DNA of 64,000 nt from Eledone cirrhosa (Eukaryota), in assembly GCA_964016885.1 (NCBI GenBank), contig OZ024742.1, positions 330,460,001-330,524,000 of the forward strand, in the 5' to 3' direction. Every line of letters begins with the position of its first letter. The first letter of the stretch is position 1. This document shows positions 42,755 to 53,769 of this stretch, piece after piece. The notes beneath the pieces are model-generated. The model did not search any database, was not told the DNA's origin, and saw nothing but the letters and a program-made list of their open reading frames with translations. The position numbers and the translations under genes were made by a program.

Positions 42755-44918
42755 AAGTCTACAGTGCCACCATACCATAAATAGGTTAGATATGTCGCCT
42801 GCAATGCTAACACCAATGGCTGCTCCCTCCTCTTGGGCATAGTGCTAATTTTATGCTGGCCCCCACCGCATGTGCAATCATTTTCTTTAGTTCATCGTGG
42901 TTTTATGGGGTCCGTATGACTCTGGTCCACCCATTCCATCTATCTGTGTGGGGTTTCTTGGCCATTGAGGTAATGGTAGGTGGTCTGCCTCTTGCTGGTC
43001 TTGTAGGGCAGAGGTGCTAAGGTCATATGTATCTAGGTAATTATTACTATAGATAAGTTTAAGTAGGAGTCCCAGCTCACTGGTATCAATCCCACGGATT
43101 TCAACATTGCTCTCACTGAATCATTTCTACGCATTTCTCAACAGCAAAATCAACGTCAATAGATGGAACAGAGACACAACATCCATACTACCGATTATGC
43201 AGTTTGTTAGGTCCCTAGATCGGTTACTCTCGCCGATTCTGTTGAGGAGGTCCTCCGTGCTGTCACATTCATCTGGGGACATTTCGATGATGGGGCGTAC
43301 GATCAGGGAGAGGAAGTAGGAGAGTCTGTAGTTACTAGCAATGTTAGCTCCACAGACTGTCCTTGTTAATGGTCCTGTGACAGGGTCACTGCTCGTTTTA
43401 TGGTCTTTTCGAAGCCCATACAACGCTGGCACGTCATTGTTCCAGGTCTGGAAGTTGTTGGCAGTCCTTTTGTTGGGCTGCATTATATTTGTCTACATCA
43501 TCATATGGGCATTGGTGGCTTTTTCTCTATCCTCATGCTCTTGTGGTGTTCCTTCTCTTGTGTTAGTGATGTGGGGTTGCATTGCCTGGATGTAGTTTTG
43601 CAGAGTGTCAACCGAGATTCTGCCAGTCTTGTCTGTTGGAAAGCATGCTATCACGCCATTTGCAGATTTTTCTCCCAGTTGCTGGGACTCCATTCTCTTA
43701 TGCTTCTTGCTATACTGTTTTATAATATTTCTAAGTTTAGATCTAGCTATACTAATTGTGCTTCTGTTTGTTCATCGACCTGCGACGGCAATTGCGTGCG
43801 TTTGTTAAAAGCTAAAGTCGTGGCGTTGACTCGTCGCAGGTCGAACGACTTACCGGAAGGATTATGAAAAGTAGAGTTTCAGGCTGCTGCTTTATGTGTA
43901 CTAGTGCTAATGTTCTTGTTATTTGTGTTGTTTCTATTTCTATTTCCCCCAACAGCCTCATGGTTGTTTCTATGTCTCTCATTATTACTCCTGTCTCTTT
44001 CCTCTGGCTCATTGTTATTATCTACTCTATTTTGTGTCTGTGTGTTCGTCCTGCTTATTTTCTCTGTCCATAGTCTCCCTTCTCCTTTCAATCCTATTAC
44101 CTTCCCTTATTGCTGTGTTACTGTCATTACCTGTTTTCTGTATCTGTGTGTTTGTTAAGATTGTGGTGGCGGTGAGAGGGATTGAATGTGTGTGTGTTGT
44201 TGATGTCTGTTGTTGTTGTTGTCTCCGTGTATGTTATTATTTGTGTGTGTGTTGTTATTGTTGTTTGTGTCTGCGTGAATGTTGTTCTTATTTCTGAGGA
44301 TGTTATTATTGTTGATGTGTGTGTTGTTGTTATTGTTGTTTGTGTCTGTGTGTCTGTTGTTGTTGGGATGGGTGTTGTATATGTGTGTGTGTGTGTGCGT
44401 GCGTATGTTGTTATTTTTGTTTCAATAAACAGAGGAAATAAACATAAATGAACTCCAACCAAAATTAAATAGAAAATATGAGTGGAACACAACAACACAA
44501 CTTATAATTAAGGACAATATGAAAACACACATACGCACATAGAACAAACAACCAACCAGTAACATGTAAATAAACAAATAAGTAAACGAATATAAACACA
44601 CACAGACACCCGGATGTAACCCATGCGCAAACTAAGCACACAACACACACACAAAAACAAGATGGCGTAGGACAGAATAAAGGAGAGGCACAAAAACAAA
44701 GAAAAGTATCCTCAGTCACTGAAGAGGTCACATAATGTGTGACGAAATAACTTTGACAATATATAAACAATCATCTGGTTGTGGAACCAATAAATTGAAG
44801 TGAAACAACTGGTGCGTGTGTTTCGTATTGGCAACATGACCCTCCCAAAGTATAACAATATCGGTTTCAACACACGTTTTCAGATAGAGAATCTTGCTAA
44901 TACATTTCAGAAACGAAA

Positions 44919-44920
<2 letters not shown>
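42755..44920 (-). mobile_element. Decayed Penelope-like element, probably Naiad-type RT, with an inverted hammerhead-bearing pLTR
   Basis: Minus-strand remnants: PTDKTGR, PALYGLRKDHK, RTVCGA, CDSTEDLL, IGSMDVVSLF, LCPTRPARGRPPTIT, YAQEEGAAIGVSIAGDISNLFMVWW. The pLTR at about 44450-44915 is in the opposite (+) sense. Flanked by (TA)n. Confidence 0.75.
44715..44757 (+). ncRNA. Minimal type I hammerhead ribozyme candidate
   Basis: gtca CTGAAGA g GTCAC ataatgt GTGAC GAAA taac TT tgac. Homolog of 16587-16629; stem III is imperfect. Confidence 0.55.
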
Positions 44921-44968
<48 letters not shown>

Positions 44969-44971
<3 letters not shown>

Positions 44972-45079
44972 GGTGTTGGATGCTTAAAGCGTATCTATGC
45001 GTAGGCGGTATGAGCACTCGATGCCCTCGTAGAACAGAGTAAGATATCACAGAAAAAAGAGACTGATTCTCTTTTTACT

Positions 45080-45085
<6 letters not shown>
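44969..45085 (-). mobile_element. Minimal insertion in (TA)n: GAGTGCT tail plus a short fold-back
   Basis: ATCGAGTGCTC on the minus strand (45012-45022). Hairpin atatcacagaaaaaagaga...tctctttttactgtgatat. Confidence 0.55.
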
Positions 45086-45161
<76 letters not shown>

Positions 45162-46731
45162 TTAATAAATGGAGAACATATGTATTTTAATGTATCTTTG
45201 TGATGAGTTGCTTTTTCTCGTTATATTTATAACTTATAAGTTATAATGAGCACAGTTAAAAGCCTATACTTTTATTTATTTCTTGGTGTGATTCTAGTGG
45301 TCCCCTAATATTTCCACACGGTCTGTTAGTATTGATAAAATACCTTTAAATTAGTTGTTTACGTATGGCCTGATATCAATGTCATCAATGCTCTAAATGC
45401 ACTATCAAATGTACTCACACAAGCACTCACGAAAAACATAGAGATGATAAAGTAATTAAAAAAAACATACCAACTATTTTATTAGAAACAAAACGTAGTC
45501 AAGCTGTTAGCATCATTGTCAATTAAGATATCAAAATCAAGAAGACCTTGTATACGTTATGGGATTTATACGATTGTGTAATATTCATGTAAATGATTTC
45601 AGGAAAGAAAATGTCATTGCCAAGTACAATGCAATATACATTTCTTTCAGATATATGAATAGTAACGATATCTGAATAGTTTAGTAACTTAAGAAAGTAA
45701 TCGTTTATTCTGGAATGTTTCTTTCTAAATTTCTTATTATATGATGTGAAATTCCGTGTTTAGATTTCAGTCATTGAATGAAAAAAATCTGTATTAAACA
45801 CCCTTCGAGTTTCGTCAATAAAAAATTAAAATATGGGAAAAGTAAAATAGTCGAATTAATATATTTCCTCTTTTAATATGAAATTCTTTTTATATTTATA
45901 TTTTCAATTTGTTATTGTTGTTTTGCAGCATATTTTGCCAACACATGAACATTTTAATTTAAACACCGAATATAGTACGAGAAATAATATGTACTTGACT
46001 CTATAGAAATGTTCTAGAGTCAGGCAGCTTGAACATTTAACGTATTCAAGCATAGGTTTACAAATGAATTCAACTTATTATACTGATATTGTAGGAGTAA
46101 CAGGCAATCATTTTTAAAGAAAAACAAAATACAGATGCAAAGAAAGCGTGCAAATTCTAACATAAATGTATTGAAACTGATATATTAACAAATGCACACA
46201 GTTTACGGAAAGAGATTATAGAAATACCCATTTTTTTTCGAACGCAGATTACTCCATTGTAATATGCCAAGGTTTTTTAAGGCAATCATATAAGATTTTC
46301 AATTCCTCCATTTAGCATATAATAAGAATTACAGTGCAAATAATGTTATTTCTAATAACAAAAATGTTTATAATTTTCTTATCTATCACATGGCGAACTT
46401 AGATTCAGAACATATATGTATATAATATTGTAGTCTATATACTATACATGCTTACATACATACATTTTAAAAAGACGATACCGTCCATATAAAACAATGG
46501 GTTGGGAAAATCAATTCAACCAAAATGCAATGTGTTTAAGAGATCTAAAAAATCAAAAGGGACCAAAACAATAAAATATATATGTTTTCAGACAGTGATA
46601 GAAAAACTTCAAGATGAAAAATTACCAGGAATAGACTTGATTGTCAGTTGTAGGTACAAACATCTGACTTTCTATCGGATAAATCTAGTCAACATATATG
46701 CCAGCAAGCTAAACGGATATATATACATATA

Positions 46732-46827
<96 letters not shown>

Positions 46828-46906
46828 GTGTGTGTGTATATATATGTGTATATATATATATGTTTGTGTGTGTGTGTGTATATATGTGTATATATATATA
46901 TATATT

Positions 46907-46977
<71 letters not shown>

Positions 46978-47357
46978 AAACAATACTCGTCCCCAAAAGA
47001 GAGAAATAAATAAATAAAAAAACACTTGGCAAAAAACTACCCGCCTAATGCATGCCAGGACCCAATGTATAGAATGTATGCAACCTGTCTATTCCACCCG
47101 GAGCACTGTGGGAACAACAACACCATCACAGAATTGTAAGCAGCTGTGAACAAATGAATTCTTTAGGGGCAACAACTAATTAGTAAAACCCTGATGCTTC
47201 AATGAATCCAAGGATGAAAAGTTGATATCAGACGAGTGGTCACATACTAGGAAGTTGATTACAATCTGACCGGAGTAAAGCAAAGCATTCGATACTTTCC
47301 TATATCTTGGACGATATAGGACGTTCGGCTTGCTAATGTACCAGACACCATTTGGCA

Positions 47358-47550
47358 AGGGCGGTGGATTGGCAGTATCGGTAGAGGGACGTACACCATG
47401 CTTTCCAGCATAGAGTTACGGCCATTGCCATTCTGAGTTCAAATCCCACCGAGGTGGACTTTGCCTTTCATCCTTACGGGATTGATAAAATAAAGTACCA
47501 GTAATGCACTGAGATTTTGCTGTCCTTGTGCCAAAAGTAGAAACAATTAT
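47358..47550 (+). mobile_element. tRNA-derived SINE
   Basis: A box tggcagtatcggtag, B box gagttcaaatccc, body gactttgcctttcatccttacgg. Confidence 0.85.
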
Positions 47551-47896
47551 GAGAGTCATAGAGAAGCTATATTTTTCATGGGCCATTATACTGAAGTTAA
47601 ATACAGAGACGGAATATATTGTCACTGATAAAACAGAATATCACAGATGTATATATAAAGTAGCCAGCCTCTCGGTGAGGTCATTTATAGTGTCAGTCAA
47701 ATCCCTCCTTTATGCTGAGAAAATCCGAATGATACGCATTTGGTTCATAGGCAGGCAGAAACATGTACCTAACACAAATATTCTTTGTGGATTACCTGAC
47801 GATTTATGCTAAGAATATAAGCTGTAGCAAGAAAAACTTTGACCTGACTGTTATACCGCTATATGACGAGGACTGCTTCAGATTATTAGGGATAGA

Positions 47897-48090
47897 TAAT
47901 AATTGTTTCTACTTTTTTGGCACAAGGCCAGCAAATACCCAGTGTATTACTGGTACTTTATATTATCTACCCCGTAAGGATGAGAGCAAAGTTAACCTCA
48001 GAGAGATTTGAACCCAGAATGGTAAGGGCCGTAACTCTATGCGTCAAAGGGTGGCATCCGACACTGTACCGATACTGCCAACCCACCTCC
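47897..48090 (-). mobile_element. tRNA-derived SINE, inverted relative to 47358-47550
   Basis: Reverse-complement similarity over the whole length. Confidence 0.85.
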
Positions 48091-48371
48091 ATTAGGAATA
48101 GATAATAATATATCCTATAATGGAAATTGGAACAGGAAACGATACACCAGCGAAAATAAGAGCCGAATTAGAAAGAATATGGTCTTCTGAACTCTCTGTG
48201 CATAATATATCTGCAACCAACAATGATTTTCCTGTGGCATTGCTGACGCACTCAGGCACGTAAATATACATAGTTGATGTGTAAATTCCAATAAAAGAGT
48301 CTTGTATCCATGTTAGAAACCGACACAATGTATTTTGGTAAAAATTTATAAAAGTATAAGAAACCAGTAGA

Positions 48372-49082
48372 ACATACATGGTGGGTGCCAACCCGTTTTC
48401 GAGTACGGCCACTACTTTATATACATGTAGGAGAAACCCTACCTATGCGCTGAACGAGTGTGACTTTTTAGTCCAGCCAGCGACGTGAAAACTCTGGTAC
48501 AAATACTACACTTGTGACAATTATTGACACATAGTGCTGGGACCATGGTACCATGTGAGGACAAGTGCAGAGAGATCTCCAGATATAAAGCAATGCCTGT
48601 GCCGTGCAGTTTTTATAGTGAGCAAAGGCACTGCACAAAGCCAGTCCCACTCTCTAAACCAAGATGATATTTACCAAAAAGAAGAACAAGTCAACATCAT
48701 TGGATACCATCAGAAAATACATAAATACATATGGTGGCTGCCAACTCGTTTTCGAGTACGGCCACTACTTTATATGCATGTAGGAGAACCCCCACCGATG
48801 CGCTGAACGAGTGTGACTTTTTAGTTCAGACAGCGACTTGAAAACTATGGTACAAACACTAGACTTGTGACAATTATTGACACATAGTGCTGGGCCCATG
48901 GTACCATGTGTTGAAAAGTGCAGAGAGATCTACAGATATAAAGCAATGTCTGTGTTGTGAAGCTTTTATAGTGAGCAAATGCACTGCACAAAGCCAGTCC
49001 CACTCTCTTAACCAATATGATATTTACCAAAAAAAGAACAAGTCAACATCATTGGATACCATCAGGGTTGCAGGTGTTATAT

Positions 49083-49113
<31 letters not shown>

Positions 49114-49730
49114 GGTGGCTGCCAACTCGTTTTCGAGTACGACCACTACTTTATATCCATGTAGGAGAACCCCTACCGATGCGCTGAACGAGTGTGACTT
49201 TTTAGTCCAGCCAGCGACTTGAAAACTCTGGTACAAACACTACACTTGTGACAACTATTGACACATAGTGTTGGGCCCATGGTACCATGTGACGACAAGT
49301 GCGGAGAGATCTCCAGATATAAAGCAATGCCTGTGCCGTGAAGCTTTTATAGTGAGCAAAGGCACTGCACAAAGCCAGTCCCACTCTCTTAACCAAGATG
49401 ATATTTACCAAAAAGAAGAACTAGTCAACATCATTGGATACCATCAGGGTTGCAGGTGTTATATCAGAGTTTTCCTTCTCCTAGAATTCTGCCTTGACAA
49501 AGGCTAAGGGGTCATCTCTCCCAGTGATTTTGGATGGCCATTGACACTTAAGAGCTCCTTTGCCCTTTGACAGGTTTTGTTTTTAGTCCTGCAGGATGTC
49601 CAAAGTCACCCTCCTCACCAAGAAACCTTGATGGGGTTGCCAGTTTAGTCGCCAACGACCCGACCATGAGACAGGTTGTACTGGGATACATGTTACCAGT
49701 AGCACCAACTGGTGACCTGACATAAACATA
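48372..49730 (-). mobile_element. Three tandem RTE-LINE 3' ends, the last joined to an RTE-like 5' UTR (internally deleted derivative)
   Basis: Units recur at about 48380, 48733 and 49114. Minus frame 48510-48439 reads CSICTRVFTSLAGLKSHTRSAHR* (C-terminal C2H2 finger typical of RTE ORFs). Tails are (ATGT)n. 49460-49720 has an RTE 5'UTR-like ctaggagaaggaaaactctga. Confidence 0.75.
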
Positions 49731-49767
49731 CATATATACATACATACATACATACATATATATATAT

Positions 49768-50665
49768 GAAAGGTATAGAAAGGTATAGAAAAACAGTGCA
49801 GCGAAAAGCCAACAGCACTCGATAATATATACATCATAAAACATGTCTATAGAATCACCAGATAAAATATATACCGTTTCCTCTCCCAATTAGCATAATT
49901 AATCATATAAAAAATCAATTAGACCAAGCTATAAGAATAAAAGCGCCTATGAAGAAATCTCCAATAAATAACCGAAAGCAGCCCTTCGCGGTGGTTGCGA
50001 CAGAGTATTTATCGAGTATTTCGACAACGTGTATAAATCGACCAGATATACAGTCAACTAAACAGAATTAGGTGTAAAATAGACTAAAGTGAACATATTT
50101 AGTAACTTCTACCATGATTTCGTCCGCATTTTAAGATATCCGATAAGATTGGCTGTATTGGGCTGCGCTTTCTAGCAAAAAGCCTGCTAGCCGTAAGCAT
50201 CTAATCACATCCTTTCTAACTTGACCGCTGCCACGTCACGATTCTTAGCCATTTTTTAATGTATTCTTGGCGCGTTCACTTTGGAAAATTAATTGTCCAA
50301 ATTTGAGCTAACTCCTGACGAGTCTGGTGCTATAGATTTCCAATGTTATCGGATATCTTAAAATGCGGACGAAGTCACGGTAGAGATAACTAAATATGTT
50401 CACTTTCCTTCTTGTTTATTTTACACCTAATTCTGTTTAGTTGACTGTATATCTGGTCGATTTATACACGCTGTCGAAATACTCGATAAATACTCCGTCG
50501 CAACCGCTGCGAAGGGCTGCTTTCGGTTATTTGTCGGAGATTTCTTCATAGGAGCCTTTATTCTTATAGCTTGGTCTAATTGATTTTTTATATGATTAAT
50601 TATGGTAATTGGGAGAGGAAACGGTATATATTTTATCTGGTGATTCTATAGACATGTTTTGATAT
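49768..50665 (-). mobile_element. Non-coding fold-back element with GAGTGCT tail
   Basis: Arms about 49838-50146 and 50347-50660. ATCGAGTGCT on the minus strand at 49814-49823. Confidence 0.85.
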
Positions 50666-50800
50666 ATAGCTCTGATTATTTAATTTATTAACTCTTCATT
50701 GAGCCACAAGGTGACCCGTTGCAAAACACACACACGCACACACGCACACATATATATATATATATATATGTAAACCTTTATATATATATATATATATATA

Positions 50801-50876
<76 letters not shown>

Positions 50877-50893
50877 AGTGTGCGTGTGTGTGT

Positions 50894-50954
<61 letters not shown>

Positions 50955-51058
50955 GCAACGGGTCACTTTGTGGCTCAATGAAGAGTTAATAAATTAAATA
51001 ATCAGAGCTATATATCAAAACATGTCTATAGAATCACCAGATAAAATATATACCGTTT
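50629..51058. repeat. Near-perfect inverted repeat of about 100 bp per arm around a (CA)n(TA)n(TG)n core
   Basis: 50629-50730 is the reverse complement of about 50948-51058 with very few mismatches. Confidence 0.92.
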
Positions 51059-51198
51059 ATATATATATATATATATGTATATATAATGTATTTTGCAATA
51101 CACTTTATGCTTAATTAAAAGCATATTGAAGACCGTAAGCTATTATTTTAAAGTAGTGACAGATTCACTTACTTTGATCTCAGCAAACAGGGGAGATA

Positions 51199-51242
51199 AG
51201 CCGACAAGTCTTGTTTCGCTTAGGTTGAAGCTTATCAAGGCC
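51199..51242 (-). ncRNA. Type I hammerhead ribozyme, U3:A8 variant (unit 1)
   Basis: ggcc TTGATAA GCTT caacct AAGC GAAA CAAG a CTTG TC ggct. Confidence 0.78.
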
Positions 51243-51514
51243 AACTACGCCTCCTGTCTACCGAGATCATTGATGTTATATTCTTATAGAAATCTAGTAA
51301 ATAATCAGGAGCTGATTATGCAGAGCGGTTGTTGGTCAGGCAAAAATTAAAAATTAGAATTGGAGCTCTGAAATAGCAATATATATATGGATGTATATAT
51401 AATGTATTTTGCAATACACTTTATGCTTAATTAAAAGCATTTTGAAGACCGTAAGCTATTGTTTTAAAGTAGTGACAAATTCACTTACTTTGATCTCAGC
51501 AAACAGGGGAGATA

Positions 51515-51558
51515 AGCCGACAAGTCTTGTTTCGCTTTGGTTGAAGCTTATCAAGGCC
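51515..51558 (-). ncRNA. Type I hammerhead ribozyme, U3:A8 variant (unit 2)
   Basis: Same as unit 1 with a loop II change. Unit 3 (51831-51874) has a broken first stem II pair and C17>U. Confidence 0.78.
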
Positions 51559-52218
51559 AACTACCCCTCCTGTCTACAGAGATCATTGATGTTATATTCT
51601 TATAGAAATCTAGTAAATAATCAGGAGCTGATTATGCAGAGCGGTTGTTGGTCAGGCAGAAATTAAAAATTAGAATTGGGGCTCTGAAATAGCAATATAT
51701 ATATGGATGTATATATAATGTATTTGGCAATACACTTTATGCTTAATTAAAAGCATTTTGAAGACCGTAAGCTATTGTTTTAAAGTAGTGACAGATTCAC
51801 TTACTTTGATCTCAGCAAACATGGGAGATAAGCCAACAAGTCTTGTTTCGCTTTGGTTGAAGATTATCAAGGCCAACTACCCCTCCTGTCTACCGAGATC
51901 ATTGATGTTATATTCTAATAGAAATCTAGTAAATAATCAGGAGCTGATTATGCAGAGCGGTTGTTGGTCAGGCAGAAATTAAAAATTAGAATTGGAGCTC
52001 TGAAATAGCAATTTATATATGGATGTATATATAATGTATTTTGCAATACACTTTATGCTTAATTAAAAGCATTTTGAAGACCGTAAGCTATTGTTTTAAA
52101 GTAGTGTTTGCTGAGATCAAAGTAAGTTAATTTGTCACTACTTTAAAACAATAATGTATTGCAAAATACATTATATATACATCCATATATATATTGCTAT
52201 TTCAGAGCTCCAATTCTA

Positions 52219-52254
<36 letters not shown>

Positions 52255-52466
52255 AATTAAACCTGAATGCCAAAAAATTGAAATCAGATTTAATACATTT
52301 TTTGTTTCTAGAAATGCAAATGATTAGTTATAATAATGCCACTGTTCAATTCAGTTTTATGTATAGATACATTTATTTATTTACACGTGTATTTACTTTC
52401 ATGTTTATATTACATGTATATATTGTTTAATGGAATTTATTTTGTTTTCTATTACGATATATACAG

Positions 52467-52980
52467 TGTCAAATTCAGTGGAAAATGTTAATTATAAATA
52501 GTTGATAGGAGTAAAAAAAGGTTTTAAATTAATATCAAAATCGAATGTTTGAGTAAAATGTCTTCCATCATGCTCCCTGAAAAGTTGGCTGGGAATGAGA
52601 AGTTGTTTTGTTGATGCGAAAAATATGCTGTGGCAGTATTGTTTAATTTAGTGGTCAATAATCAAATGTATGTGTGTGTTTCGTTATGCACACATACCAA
52701 CCTACCACAGTATTCAGATCTTACATACCCTATGCCCTTTGGAACTATTGACCACTAGATTAAACATTATAGCCACAGCATATTTTTCACATCAACAAAA
52801 CATCCTGTTCTCATTCCCAGCCAACTTTTCAGGATGCATGATGGAAGAAATTGTACTGAAACATTCGATTTTGATTTTAATTTTAAACCTTTCTTTACTC
52901 CTATTAACTCTTTTTATTTAACCCTTTTCACTGCATTTGTCAAGAGGGATCTTAATACATCGAAACCGGTAATTTTCTCA
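52467..52980 (+). mobile_element. Old fold-back element with hammerhead remnant
   Basis: About 52467-52660 is inverted relative to 52746-52940 (diverged), followed by cGAAACCGGTA at about 52961-52971. Confidence 0.65.
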
Positions 52981-53059
52981 TGTACATTATATACTTCATA
53001 AAAAAGTTTTGAAAAAATTGTCCCTCTCTTTTTTTAATAACATTATTTTTTAAAGCATT

Positions 53060-53205
53060 CCAGCATAGTTACGTCCCTTTACGATCTGAGTTCAAATCCC
53101 GCCAAGGTTGACTTTGCCTTTAATCCTTACGGGGTCGATAACATAAAGTACCAGTAATGCACTGGGTAATTGCTGGCCTTGTGCCTAAAGAAGAAACAAT
53201 TATTT
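53060..53205 (+). mobile_element. tRNA-derived SINE, 5'-degenerate
   Basis: gagttcaaatccc...gactttgcctttaatccttacggggtcgataa...gaaacaattat. Confidence 0.8.
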
Positions 53206-53370
53206 TTTTAATAACACTATATTTTCAATTATGTCACTTTGATGAATCGAAACAGAGAAAACAGACCCTTAACTATATCTCCAGGGATTTTTCCAACTTC
53301 ATCGTTTCTCTCTCTCTCTCTCTCTCTCTCGCTCTCGCTCTCTCTCTATCTCTCTCTCTCTCTCTCTCTG

Positions 53371-53414
<44 letters not shown>

Positions 53415-53769
53415 CGTGTGTGTGTGTGTATGTTTGTACGTCTGTGTTTCTTGTATAGTGTCATGTCTATGTTTGTGTACGTCTTTGAACTGAATTAAAA
53501 CTATATATACATATATATATATTGAGACACCTGCAAGTAGATACACCCACAGTGCCATACACCCACACTTATACATGAATAAACACACGCGTGCAATCCA
53601 CGGTCAACACAGAGCAGAGAAGTAATATTATATACCAAATAAATGCAGTCCATCTACACACACACAGCGGCACCCATGACACAAATGGACCCTCCATTCT
53701 GATCACCAACGCCAAACGACGGCCTAGTCCCTTACCGAGTCCATCCTTTATATATATATATATATACAC

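Larger units (their letters stand above)
51075..52221 (-). repeat. Tandem array of a 316-bp hammerhead-containing monomer (about 3.3 units) plus a terminal inverted fragment
   Basis: Period 316 (51199, 51515, 51831). 52106-52221 is an inverted, internally deleted piece spanning the unit junction. (TA)n on both sides. Confidence 0.93.

Noticed and set aside
49640-49722. Possible HDV-like ribozyme at the RTE-like 5' end (minus strand)
   Set aside because: P4, a CUAA junction and P2-like pairing can be drawn, but I could not build convincing P1/P3. It needs a descriptor search.
50100-50150. Hammerhead remnant ggacGAAAtcatggTA (minus strand)
   Set aside because: No CUGANGA-like core or stem I could be placed.
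51093-51982. Three repeated 74-85 aa ORFs
   Set aside because: No recognisable motif and non-ATG starts. They are a by-product of the 316-bp repeat, whose structured signal is on the other strand.
48372-52105. CRISPR-like array
   Set aside because: Repeats are over 300 bp with no unique spacers, and the context is eukaryotic.
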